From NCBI RefSeq assembly GCF_022846255.1, contig NZ_AP025682.1: a stretch of 64,000 nt of DNA. The stretch is one strand, 5' to 3'. A model generated the notes under the pieces. The model saw only the letters and a program-made list of their open reading frames with translations, did no database searches and was not told the origin of the DNA. This DNA comes from Escherichia coli. GTDB taxonomy: Bacteria > Pseudomonadota > Gammaproteobacteria > Enterobacterales > Enterobacteriaceae. The position numbers were made by a program, and so were the translations under genes. This document shows positions 10,081 through 19,848 of this stretch, in pieces (the first letter of the stretch is position 1; every line of letters begins with the position of its first letter).

Positions 10081-11006
10081 CTCTGTCCCCTGAATTATTA
10101 CAAATATCCGCTGAAGTACAGGATGCTTTAAAAAATAAAAAACCGGTTATTGCGCTGGAATCGACCATAATTTCTCACGGAATGCCATTCCCACAAAATG
10201 CCCAAACCGCAATTGAAGTAGAAGAAACAATTCGTAAACAGGGCGCAGTACCAGCCACTATCGCCATTATTGGCGGCGTGATGAAAGTGGGCTTAAGTAA
10301 AGAAGAAATTGAATTGCTGGGCCGTGAAGGACATAACGTGACGAAAGTTAGTCGTCGTGATTTACCTTTTGTCGTTGCAGCAGGGAAAAATGGCGCAACC
10401 ACCGTTGCATCAACCATGATTATTGCAGCACTGGCTGGGATTAAAGTTTTTGCAACCGGAGGTATTGGTGGTGTGCATCGCGGAGCGGAACATACCTTCG
10501 ATATTTCTGCCGATTTACAGGAACTGGCAAATACCAATGTCACTGTTGTTTGTGCGGGGGCAAAATCTATTCTCGATTTAGGATTAACAACAGAATATTT
10601 AGAAACCTTCGGTGTACCGTTAATTGGTTATCAGACAAAAGCGCTGCCTGCGTTTTTCTGCCGAACCAGCCCATTTGAAGTCAGCATTCGTCTTGACAGT
10701 GCCCGCGAAATTGCTCGCGCGATGGCAGTGAAGTGGCAAACCGGTTTGAACGGCGGCCTGGTGGTAGCGAACCCGATCCCGGAACAGTTTGCGATGCCAG
10801 AAGAAACCATCAATGCAGCAATTGATCAAGCCGTTGCTGAAGCCGAAGAACAGGGTGTTATTGGGAAAGAGAGTACACCGTTCCTGCTGGCGCGTGTTGC
10901 GGAGCTAACCGGCGGTGATAGCCTGAAATCCAATATTCAACTGGTCTTTAATAACGCCATTCTGGCGAGTGAAATAGCCAAAGAATACCAGCGTCTCGCG
11001 GGTTAA
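10068..11006 (+). CDS. psuG: Pseudouridine-5'-phosphate glycosidase
   Basis: 312-aa ORF overlapping the psuK 3' end by 13 nt; recognised sequence. Confidence 0.9.
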   Translation: MSELTLSPELLQISAEVQDALKNKKPVIALESTIISHGMPFPQNAQTAIEVEETIRKQGAVPATIAIIGGVMKVGLSKEEIELLGREGHNVTKVSRRDLPFVVAAGKNGATTVASTMIIAALAGIKVFATGGIGGVHRGAEHTFDISADLQELANTNVTVVCAGAKSILDLGLTTEYLETFGVPLIGYQTKALPAFFCRTSPFEVSIRLDSAREIARAMAVKWQTGLNGGLVVANPIPEQFAMPEETINAAIDQAVAEAEEQGVIGKESTPFLLARVAELTGGDSLKSNIQLVFNNAILASEIAKEYQRLAG

Positions 11007-11099
11007 TTTCTGACGGGCAGAAAGCCGTCGCCCGTACTCATCAAGCATACCAAAACCTGGCGCTGACGCCGGGTTTACTGGCATGAAGGGAAAATCATT

Positions 11100-12350
11100 A
11101 TGGATATAATGAGAAGTGTTGTGGGGATGGTGGTGTTACTGGCAATAGCATTTCTGTTGTCAGTGAATAAAAAGAGCATCAGTTTGCGCACGGTTGGAGC
11201 CGCACTGCTGCTGCAAATCGCTATTGGTGGCATCATGCTCTACTTCCCACCGGGAAAATGGGCAGTAGAACAGGCGGCATTAGGCGTTCATAAAGTGATG
11301 TCTTACAGTGATGCCGGTAGCGCCTTCATTTTTGGTTCGCTGGTTGGGCCGAAAATGGATGTCCTGTTTGACGGTGCGGGTTTTATCTTCGCCTTTCGCG
11401 TACTTCCGGCGATTATTTTCGTTACTGCGCTCATCAGTCTGCTGTACTACATTGGCGTGATGGGGCTGCTGATTCGCATCCTTGGCAGCATTTTCCAGAA
11501 AGCCCTCAACATCAGCAAAATCGAATCTTTTGTTGCGGTTACCACTATTTTCCTCGGGCAAAATGAGATCCCGGCGATCGTTAAACCGTTTATCGATCGC
11601 ATGAATCGCAACGAGTTGTTTACCGCAATTTGTAGCGGGATGGCGTCCATTGCTGGTTCGATGATGATTGGTTATGCCGGAATGGGCGTACCAATTGATT
11701 ACCTGTTAGCGGCATCGCTAATGGCGATCCCTGGTGGTATTTTGTTTGCACGTATTCTTAGCCCAGCCACCGAGCCTTCGCAGGTGACATTTGAAAATCT
11801 GTCGTTCAGCGAAACGCCGCCAAAAAGCTTTATCGAAGCGGCGGCGAGCGGTGCGATGACCGGGCTCAAAATCGCCGCTGGTGTGGCGACGGTGGTAATG
11901 GCATTTGTGGCGATCATTGCGCTGATCAACGGCATTATTGGTGGAGTTGGCGGCTGGTTTGGTTTTGCCAATGTCTCTCTGGAAAGCATTTTCGGCTATG
12001 TGCTGGCCCCGTTGGCATGGATTATGGGGGTGGACTGGAGTGATGCAAATCTTGCCGGAAGTTTGATTGGGCAGAAACTGGCGATTAACGAATTTGTCGC
12101 TTACCTGAGTTTTTCGCCATATCTGCAAACGGGCGGCACGCTGGAAGTGAAAACCGTGGCGATCATCTCCTTTGCGCTGTGTGGTTTTGCTAACTTTGGT
12201 TCTATCGGTGTTGTCGTTGGAGCGTTTTCGGCTATTTCGCCAAAACGCGCACCGGAAATCGCCCAGCTTGGTTTACGGGCGCTGGCAGCAGCAACGCTTT
12301 CCAACCTGATGAGCGCGACCATTGCCGGGTTCTTTATTGGTTTAGCTTGA
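11100..12350 (+). CDS. psuT: NupC-family (CNT) nucleoside permease
   Basis: 416-aa polytopic membrane protein; near-identical paralog of the 14286..15536 ORF. Confidence 0.9.
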   Translation: MDIMRSVVGMVVLLAIAFLLSVNKKSISLRTVGAALLLQIAIGGIMLYFPPGKWAVEQAALGVHKVMSYSDAGSAFIFGSLVGPKMDVLFDGAGFIFAFRVLPAIIFVTALISLLYYIGVMGLLIRILGSIFQKALNISKIESFVAVTTIFLGQNEIPAIVKPFIDRMNRNELFTAICSGMASIAGSMMIGYAGMGVPIDYLLAASLMAIPGGILFARILSPATEPSQVTFENLSFSETPPKSFIEAAASGAMTGLKIAAGVATVVMAFVAIIALINGIIGGVGGWFGFANVSLESIFGYVLAPLAWIMGVDWSDANLAGSLIGQKLAINEFVAYLSFSPYLQTGGTLEVKTVAIISFALCGFANFGSIGVVVGAFSAISPKRAPEIAQLGLRALAAATLSNLMSATIAGFFIGLA

Positions 12351-12356
12351 GTTTCA

Positions 12357-12395
12357 TTGCCGGATGTACGCCTTATTAAGCGTTGCATCCGGCAA
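12357..12395. repeat. REP-like palindromic unit between convergent psuT and yeiL
   Basis: TTGCCGGATGTACGCCTTATTAAGCGTTGCATCCGGCAA. Confidence 0.7.
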
Positions 12396-12416
12396 TCGCA
12401 CTATTGCCAATAATTT

Positions 12417-13076
12417 TTACTGCATCATCCCGGAGAATTTATTCTCCGGGTCCATCTCCAGCGCCAGTCCTGACAACTGCTTTCTGTTTTTAATGAGATA
12501 CCCTTTCTTGCTTTTAATTAATAAACCGTCATTAATGAATTGCGCAAGAACATATAAAAGATGTCGATAAGAAACGCCTAAATACTCTGCCGCTTGCGTA
12601 TGCTTTTCGTGATAAAGATCACCTTCCTGCGAGAGTAATATAAAAGCTGCCAGGCGATTCACTAACGGAAATGATTGATTCTGAGTTAAAGAAACAATAT
12701 TACGATAATTTTTATGACTTAAGGTGACGCAGAGTTTTCGTAAAAATAGCGTGTCGTTTAATAACAACGGGCGGTAATGCTTCATAGGGAGCGCAAGACA
12801 CCAACACTCTTCAATAGCCTGCACTGCACGCGGTTCATGGTCTTTGTCGATTAACTCAATCTCGCCAATAAAACAGGGCGCGGCAAAGAAATCGATCAGC
12901 GACACGCGACCATTAGCAAGCGTGACGTAAAGCCTGGCGCGGCCTCGCGTCAGGTAAAACAGCCAGGACGGCTGTTGCCCTTCCTGCACAATGTAGTCAC
13001 GCGCTAAAAAATGAAACAGCCGCGTATCGGCTGAAACATCCGTTGAAAAGCAATCCTTAAACGCAGATTCACTCAT
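12417..13076 (-). CDS. yeiL: Crp/Fnr-family transcriptional regulator
   Basis: Track ORF trimmed to [14 protein letters not shown]... (219 aa); cNMP-binding-like fold region and C-terminal HTH ([16 protein letters not shown]). Confidence 0.85.
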   Translation of the reverse strand: MSESAFKDCFSTDVSADTRLFHFLARDYIVQEGQQPSWLFYLTRGRARLYVTLANGRVSLIDFFAAPCFIGEIELIDKDHEPRAVQAIEECWCLALPMKHYRPLLLNDTLFLRKLCVTLSHKNYRNIVSLTQNQSFPLVNRLAAFILLSQEGDLYHEKHTQAAEYLGVSYRHLLYVLAQFINDGLLIKSKKGYLIKNRKQLSGLALEMDPENKFSGMMQ

Positions 13077-13244
13077 CAATTGCTGCTTAAGATCATTATT
13101 GTGGATTTCTTTCACGATGTTTATCCGCTATGAGATTTCTCATATTTAGCATACGTACGCTGTTGTTAAGATTCAATCATCGGCCAGGTCGAATTTTCTT
13201 TGCTGTAGAAACAATAACGCAACTGGAAACAGAGGAAATAAACA

Positions 13245-14186
13245 ATGGAAAAGAGAAAAATTATTCTGGATTGTGATCCGGGTCATGATGATGCTATTGC
13301 TATAATGATGGCGGCGAAACATCCGGCGATTGATTTATTAGGTATCACCATTGTAGCGGGTAATCAAACCCTCGATAAAACATTAATTAATGGCCTGAAT
13401 GTTTGCCAGAAACTGGAGATTAATGTTCCGGTTTATGCGGGGATGCCGCAGCCCATTATGCGTCAACAAATCGTTGCCGATAATATTCACGGTGAAACCG
13501 GACTGGATGGCCCGGTATTCGAGCCGCTGACCCGCCAGGCAGAAAGTACCCATGCGGTGAAATACATCATTGATACCCTGATGGCAAGCGATGGCGATAT
13601 CACTCTGGTGCCGGTTGGTCCACTTTCAAACATCGCGGTGGCAATGCGTATGCAACCCGCAATCCTGCCCAAAATCCGTGAAATTGTGCTAATGGGCGGC
13701 GCTTACGGTACAGGCAACTTCACGCCATCTGCCGAGTTCAACATCTTTGCCGACCCGGAAGCAGCCCACGTAGTGTTCACCTCTGGCGTTCCATTAGTGA
13801 TGATGGGCCTCGATCTCACCAACCAGACCGTTTGCACCCCGGACGTGATTGCCCGGATGGAAAGGGCAGGCGGCCCTGCCGGAGAGCTGTTCAGCGACAT
13901 CATGAACTTCACTCTCAAAACCCAGTTCGAAAACTACGGTCTGGCTGGCGGCCCGGTACATGACGCCACCTGTATCGGTTATCTGATTAACCCCGATGGC
14001 ATTAAAACCCAGGAGATGTACGTCGAAGTGGACGTCAACAGTGGCCCTTGTTACGGGCGTACCGTCTGCGACGAGCTGGGCGTTCTTGGCAAGCCCGCCA
14101 ATACAAAAGTCGGCATCACTATTGATACCGACTGGTTCTGGGGATTAGTCGAAGAGTGCGTGCGCGGCTACATCAAAACCCACTAA
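13245..14186 (+). CDS. rihB: Pyrimidine-specific ribonucleoside hydrolase
   Basis: 313-aa ORF with the N-terminal DCDPGHDDA nucleoside-hydrolase signature. Confidence 0.92.
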   Translation: MEKRKIILDCDPGHDDAIAIMMAAKHPAIDLLGITIVAGNQTLDKTLINGLNVCQKLEINVPVYAGMPQPIMRQQIVADNIHGETGLDGPVFEPLTRQAESTHAVKYIIDTLMASDGDITLVPVGPLSNIAVAMRMQPAILPKIREIVLMGGAYGTGNFTPSAEFNIFADPEAAHVVFTSGVPLVMMGLDLTNQTVCTPDVIARMERAGGPAGELFSDIMNFTLKTQFENYGLAGGPVHDATCIGYLINPDGIKTQEMYVEVDVNSGPCYGRTVCDELGVLGKPANTKVGITIDTDWFWGLVEECVRGYIKTH

Positions 14187-14198
14187 GTGGTGATATCA

Positions 14199-14232
14199 AG
14201 CCGGGTCTGTATCGCAAGATGCAGGCCCGGCT
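14199..14232 (+). terminator. Imperfect hairpin downstream of rihB (possible attenuator/terminator)
   Basis: AGCCGGGTCTG...CAGGCCCGGCT stem with one mismatch, followed by ATTTCT. Confidence 0.4.
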
Positions 14233-14285
14233 ATTTCTGATGGGCAGAAAGCCGTCGCCCAAAATGACATGAAGAGATAATAACT

Positions 14286-15536
14286 ATGGATGTCATGAGA
14301 AGTGTTCTGGGAATGGTGGTACTGCTGGCAATTGCGTTTTTGCTGTCAGTAAACAAGAAGAAGATCAGCCTGCGTACCGTTGGCGCGGCGTTAGTGTTAC
14401 AGGTCGTGATTGGCGGCATTATGCTTTGGTTACCGCCAGGGCGTTGGGTCGCAGAAAAAGTCGCTTTTGGCGTGCATAAAGTGATGGCGTACAGCGACGC
14501 GGGTAGCGCATTTATCTTTGGTTCTCTGGTCGGACCGAAAATGGACACCTTATTTGATGGCGCAGGATTTATCTTTGGTTTCAGGGTATTACCGGCAATT
14601 ATCTTCGTTACAGCACTGGTGAGTATTCTCTACTACATCGGTGTGATGGGGATCTTAATTCGCATTCTCGGCGGTATATTCCAGAAAGCATTGAATATCA
14701 GCAAGATTGAGTCATTCGTCGCGGTCACTACCATTTTCCTCGGGCAAAACGAAATTCCGGCAATCGTCAAACCCTTTATCAATCGTCTGAATCGCAATGA
14801 ATTATTTACAGCGATTTGTAGCGGGATGGCCTCGATTGCTGGTTCGACAATGATTGGTTACGCCGCACTGGGCGTGCCTGTGGAATATCTGCTGGCGGCA
14901 TCGTTAATGGCGATCCCCGGCGGGATCTTGTTTGCCCGCCTGTTAAGCCCGGCAACAGAATCTTCGCAGGTTTCCTTTAATAACCTCTCTTTCACCGAAA
15001 CACCGCCAAAAAGCATTATTGAAGCCGCTGCGACAGGGGCAATGACCGGGCTGAAAATCGCCGCAGGTGTGGCGACAGTAGTGATGGCATTTGTCGCCAT
15101 CATTGCGTTAATTAACGGTATTATCGGCGGCGTTGGCGGCTGGTTTGGCTTTGAACATGCCTCGCTGGAGTCCATTTTAGGTTACCTGCTGGCCCCACTG
15201 GCGTGGGTAATGGGTGTTGACTGGAGTGATGCGAATCTTGCCGGGAGTTTGATTGGACAGAAACTGGCAATAAATGAATTTGTCGCTTACCTCAATTTCT
15301 CACCTTATCTGCAAACAGCTGGCACTCTGGATGCTAAAACCGTGGCGATTATTTCCTTCGCGTTGTGCGGTTTCGCTAACTTTGGTTCTATCGGGGTGGT
15401 GGTGGGGGCGTTTTCTGCGGTTGCGCCACACCGTGCACCGGAAATCGCCCAGCTTGGTTTACGCGCGCTGGCGGCGGCGACACTTTCTAACCTGATGAGT
15501 GCAACCATTGCAGGATTCTTTATTGGCTTAGCGTAG
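14286..15536 (+). CDS. nupX: NupC-family (CNT) nucleoside permease, paralog of psuT
   Basis: 416-aa ORF, about 85-90% identical to the psuT product along the full length by eye (last ~40 residues identical). Confidence 0.9.
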   Translation: MDVMRSVLGMVVLLAIAFLLSVNKKKISLRTVGAALVLQVVIGGIMLWLPPGRWVAEKVAFGVHKVMAYSDAGSAFIFGSLVGPKMDTLFDGAGFIFGFRVLPAIIFVTALVSILYYIGVMGILIRILGGIFQKALNISKIESFVAVTTIFLGQNEIPAIVKPFINRLNRNELFTAICSGMASIAGSTMIGYAALGVPVEYLLAASLMAIPGGILFARLLSPATESSQVSFNNLSFTETPPKSIIEAAATGAMTGLKIAAGVATVVMAFVAIIALINGIIGGVGGWFGFEHASLESILGYLLAPLAWVMGVDWSDANLAGSLIGQKLAINEFVAYLNFSPYLQTAGTLDAKTVAIISFALCGFANFGSIGVVVGAFSAVAPHRAPEIAQLGLRALAAATLSNLMSATIAGFFIGLA

Positions 15537-15550
15537 TGCGCGAGTTATGA

Positions 15551-15584
15551 GCCGGATAAGATGTAGTCAAGCGTCGAATCCGGC
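15551..15584. repeat. REP-like palindromic unit between nupX and yeiI
   Basis: GCCGGATAAGATGTAGTCAAGCGTCGAATCCGGC. Confidence 0.7.
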
Positions 15585-15591
15585 AACATTG

Positions 15592-16680
15592 TTACACCAT
15601 CGGCACTAATGAAAGCGCGTTATCGGCAGACAGGGTAGGGTTGTTTAAGCTGCCGCTGGCGCGTGAAATTGCCGCGCAGGCCATCGCAAAACGGGCGCTG
15701 TCACGGAAATTGTTTCCCTCCAGAAAGCTATATACCAGGCCCGCCATAAAACCATCGTCAGCACCAAAACTGTCTACTGTCGTATGCGCTGGCGCTGTCA
15801 GCAAAAATTGCTCTCCATCCTTTTCGCTGCAATAAACTGACTCATCGGGCAAATAAACAAACAGTTGCTGAACGCCTTGCTGATGCAACGCATTCACTGC
15901 GGCATTACGGTCAGCATCGCTGGTGATCGCCTGTCCCCATAAAATTTCCAGCTCCGGTAAAGTGGGTTTCAGGGTGTGAATATGCGCCAGCCAGTGTTTG
16001 ATTTTGCCCGCTTTGAATTCTGAAACGGTATCGACAAACACCGGGATTTCATCAGCGAGGGTAAAGACCCATTCCAGCGCCTCGGCTGTCAGGTTACAAT
16101 CAGCAAGTACCACGCCCGCATGACGAAGTAAATCGCGCGACCCGTTCAGTAGTTGCGGTGTCAACTGATCCAGCAGATGGGTATCGTTAATCGCCAGCAC
16201 GGTTTGATCGTCTCGATTGGCAATTGCCAGATACGTCGATGTGCTTTGGCCATGTAAACGAACGCAGCCGGAGACATTCACGCCGGCGCGGCGCGTTTCT
16301 TCCAGGAGCATTTCGCCATAAAAGTCATCGCCAATCACTGAAAGCAAATGGACGTCGCGGCCTAACAGCGCCAGATTGTGGGCGATATTGCGTCCAACGC
16401 CGCCTGCCGAGCAATGAATGGTACCGGGATGAGAAGCCGCTTGCGGGTAACGGATATCCGCCATCCCGCGAATATCCATATTGATTGTCCCCACCACTAC
16501 GCAGTATTCCTGCTCGGTGAGAATGTAACCTTTGCCTTTAATCCGGCCTTTGCGCATTAAATCCATAATATGCGCCGCAACGCGCGAACGGCTGATTTGC
16601 AGCATATCCGCAATTTCGTTCTGTTGAATCAGCGGGTTACGCCGTAAAATTTTAAGAATCTGCTTTTCCCTGTCGTTCAT
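15592..16680 (-). CDS. yeiI: Putative kinase: N-terminal winged-helix HTH fused to a PfkB-family (pseudouridine-kinase-like) carbohydrate kinase
   Basis: 362-aa ORF; N-terminus QNEIADMLQISRSRVAAHIMDLMRKGRI (HTH-like), then GGVGRNIAHNLALLG as in PsuK; start lies 3 nt after the nfo stop. Confidence 0.88.
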   Translation of the reverse strand: MNDREKQILKILRRNPLIQQNEIADMLQISRSRVAAHIMDLMRKGRIKGKGYILTEQEYCVVVGTINMDIRGMADIRYPQAASHPGTIHCSAGGVGRNIAHNLALLGRDVHLLSVIGDDFYGEMLLEETRRAGVNVSGCVRLHGQSTSTYLAIANRDDQTVLAINDTHLLDQLTPQLLNGSRDLLRHAGVVLADCNLTAEALEWVFTLADEIPVFVDTVSEFKAGKIKHWLAHIHTLKPTLPELEILWGQAITSDADRNAAVNALHQQGVQQLFVYLPDESVYCSEKDGEQFLLTAPAHTTVDSFGADDGFMAGLVYSFLEGNNFRDSARFAMACAAISRASGSLNNPTLSADNALSLVPMV

Positions 16681-16683
16681 CGA

Positions 16684-17541
16684 TCAGGCCACCGCTTTTT
16701 CAGTTTGTTGCGCTTTCAGCCAGGCGATCTCTTCTGCCCAGATATCCGGGTTGATGGTTTCAAGGATCAGCGGAATGCCGTCGAAACGGTCGTCCTGCAT
16801 GATCCAGCGGAACGCATCATGACCGATATTGCCTTCACCGAGGCTATGATGGCGGTCAACGCGGCTGCCAAAGGTGCTTTTCGCATCGTTAAGGTGCATC
16901 CCGCGCAGATACTTAAAGCCGACAATACGGGCAAAATCCGCGAACGTTTTCTCGCATTCGGCAGAAGTACGCAAATCATACCCGGCAGCGAAAGCATGGC
17001 AGGTATCAATGCAGACGCCGACGCGGGATTTATCTTCCACGCCGTCGATAATCGCCGCGAGATGTTCGAATTTAAACCCTAAGTTACTGCCCTGACCGGC
17101 GGTGTTTTCAATCACCGCTGTCACACCTTGAGTTTTATCCAGCGCAATGTTGATGGATTCGGCAATACGCGCAAGGCAATCCTCTTCTGAAATCTGCATC
17201 AGATGGCTGCCAGGGTGGAAGTTGAGCAAAGAAAGCCCCAGCTGTTCGCAACGCTGCATTTCATCTATAAACGCATCGCGCGATTTTTCCAGAGCTTCAG
17301 CGACCGGATGTCCGAGGTTAATCAGATAACTGTCGTGGGGAAGAATTTGCGCCGATGTGTAGTGATATTTTTCACAGGCGGCTTTGAATTCATCGATGGT
17401 TTGCGTCGTGAGCGGTGCGGCACGCCACTGACGTTGGTTTTTGGTGAACAAGGCAAACGCGGTTGCGTCGATTTCGGCGGCGCGAATTGCGGCATTTGCC
17501 AGACCGCCAGCAGCACTAACGTGCGCTCCAATGTATTTCAT
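16684..17541 (-). CDS. nfo: Endonuclease IV (AP endonuclease)
   Basis: 285-aa [16 protein letters not shown]... TIM-barrel AP endonuclease, recognised sequence. Confidence 0.95.
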   Translation of the reverse strand: MKYIGAHVSAAGGLANAAIRAAEIDATAFALFTKNQRQWRAAPLTTQTIDEFKAACEKYHYTSAQILPHDSYLINLGHPVAEALEKSRDAFIDEMQRCEQLGLSLLNFHPGSHLMQISEEDCLARIAESINIALDKTQGVTAVIENTAGQGSNLGFKFEHLAAIIDGVEDKSRVGVCIDTCHAFAAGYDLRTSAECEKTFADFARIVGFKYLRGMHLNDAKSTFGSRVDRHHSLGEGNIGHDAFRWIMQDDRFDGIPLILETINPDIWAEEIAWLKAQQTEKAVA

Positions 17542-17614
17542 GCGAGGACTCCTGTTAAACCCGCTGGAGGAAAACGATAATGATAGCGGGTTAACAGGAG
17601 CAAGATGTAGTGGT

Positions 17615-18664
17615 TTATGCGATGACGCTTTGAATCACATAGTTAATCGCACCACCACCAACAATCAGCCAGGCAAACAGTACCAGTGCCATCAGCAGAG
17701 GTTTCGCCCCGGCTTTTTTCAGCGCGCTGACGTGAGTGGTCAGACCCAGCGCCGCCATCGCCATTGCCAGCAGGAAGGTATCCAGCGTTACCAGCATGTT
17801 CACCACGCTCTGCGGTAACAGGTGGAACGAGTTAAAGATGGCAACTACGATGAACAAGATGGCAAACCACGGAATAGTGATTTTGCTTTTCTCGCCGCTG
17901 TTCGCCCCAGACAGCTGTTTAACACGCGCCGCCAGCAGGATGAGGAACGGAGCCAGCATCATCACGCGCAGCATTTTGGAAATAACTGCTGCGTTTTCTG
18001 CATCCGGGCTGATGGCATGACCTGCCGCCACCACCTGCGCCACTTCGTGCACAGTAGAACCAATGTAGATACCGAAAGTTTCCGGACTAAACCATTGAGA
18101 CATCAGCGGATATATCGCCGGGTAGAGGAAAATCGCCACGGTCCCGAAGATAACAACGGTTGCAACAGCCACGGTTACTTTACTGGCTTCCGCTTTCACT
18201 ACCGGCTCAGTCGCCAGTACCGCGGCAGCACCACAGATACTGCTACCGGCACCGATCAACCAGCTGGTGTGCTTATCCAGACCAAACACTTTCTGCCCCA
18301 GGAAGCAAGCCAGCAGGAAGGTACTGGACAGCGTCAACACGTCAATGATGATCCCACTGATACCGACATCGGCAATTTGCGAGAACGTCAGACGGAAGCC
18401 ATAAAGAATGATACCCAGACGTAATAAATATTGCTTGGCAAACAGCACACCACCGTCACAGCTTTTCCAGATGTGCGGATAGATGGTGTTGCCTAAAACC
18501 ATCCCCAACAAGATTGCGAGGGTGAGGGCACTAAACCCGGCACCCGCAACCGCGGGAATGGAACCACCCCACAGGGCGACCCCGGTGATAACTGCACTCA
18601 GGGCTAACCCCGGAATAAAATGCCACAGTGTACGATGTTGTTTCTGTAAGGTGATATTCGTCAT
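17615..18664 (-). CDS. yeiH: UPF0324-family inner membrane protein
   Basis: 349-aa polytopic membrane protein; divergent from the LysR gene yeiE. Confidence 0.88.
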   Translation of the reverse strand: MTNITLQKQHRTLWHFIPGLALSAVITGVALWGGSIPAVAGAGFSALTLAILLGMVLGNTIYPHIWKSCDGGVLFAKQYLLRLGIILYGFRLTFSQIADVGISGIIIDVLTLSSTFLLACFLGQKVFGLDKHTSWLIGAGSSICGAAAVLATEPVVKAEASKVTVAVATVVIFGTVAIFLYPAIYPLMSQWFSPETFGIYIGSTVHEVAQVVAAGHAISPDAENAAVISKMLRVMMLAPFLILLAARVKQLSGANSGEKSKITIPWFAILFIVVAIFNSFHLLPQSVVNMLVTLDTFLLAMAMAALGLTTHVSALKKAGAKPLLMALVLFAWLIVGGGAINYVIQSVIA

Positions 18665-18762
18665 AACCCTCTCCTTTAACCGGGCATAAGGTTACGACTA
18701 ACTGGTTTAAAAATAAAATTGATTATATATTTATAATTAATCTTTATAAGTGGTAAGCGACT

Positions 18763-19644
18763 ATGCACATCACCCTCCGGCAGTTGGAAGTTTTTGCAGA
18801 AGTATTGAAAAGTGGATCAACCACCCAGGCGTCGGTGATGCTGGCGTTGTCGCAATCAGCAGTGAGCGCAGCCTTGACCGACCTGGAAGGGCAGCTTGGC
18901 GTGCAACTGTTTGATCGCGTGGGGAAAAGACTGGTTGTTAATGAACACGGGCGGCTGCTCTATCCGCGCGCGTTGGCACTGCTTGAACAGGCGGTTGAAA
19001 TCGAACAACTGTTTCGCGAAGACAACGGCGCGATTCGTATCTATGCCAGTAGTACTATCGGTAACTACATTCTGCCTGCAGTCATTGCCCGTTATCGCCA
19101 TGATTATCCGCAGTTGCCGATTGAACTTAGCGTTGGGAACAGCCAGGACGTGATGCAAGCGGTGCTGGATTTCCGCGTTGATATTGGCTTTATTGAAGGA
19201 CCGTGCCACAGCACTGAAATCATTTCTGAACCGTGGCTGGAAGACGAGCTGGTGGTTTTCGCCGCGCCGACTTCGCCATTGGCTCGTGGTCCGGTCACCT
19301 TAGAACAGCTGGCCGCTGCGCCGTGGATCCTGCGTGAACGCGGCTCCGGCACGCGGGAGATTGTCGATTATCTGTTGCTGTCACATTTACCGAAGTTTGA
19401 GATGGCGATGGAATTAGGTAACTCCGAGGCAATCAAACATGCGGTGCGTCATGGGTTGGGAATTAGTTGCCTGTCGCGACGGGTGATTGAAGATCAATTG
19501 CAGGCAGGCACATTAAGTGAAGTTGCGGTCCCTCTGCCGCGCCTGATGCGTACGTTGTGGCGTATACATCATCGGCAAAAACACCTTTCCAACGCGCTAC
19601 GGCGCTTTCTGGACTATTGCGATCCCGCGAATGTACCGCGTTAA
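18763..19644 (+). CDS. yeiE: LysR-family transcriptional regulator
   Basis: 293-aa ORF with N-terminal HTH ([24 protein letters not shown]) and a LysR substrate-binding domain. Confidence 0.9.
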
Positions 19645-19848
19645 GTTGCTGTACAAGAACATGCTGGTGCTGTGTCGATTTCGTGACGCAGCGCCCTCAG
19701 CATGCATTCGCCAGAAAAGAGATTGGCTGCTTTACTTATAATCCCTGGGCGATCATGAAGGTGTCTTATAACCGTGTATTTCTGCCGGAAGGATTGCCAA
19801 TCGTCTGCTACAATCGCGCCTCATTTTTAAGATGGATAGCATTTTTGT

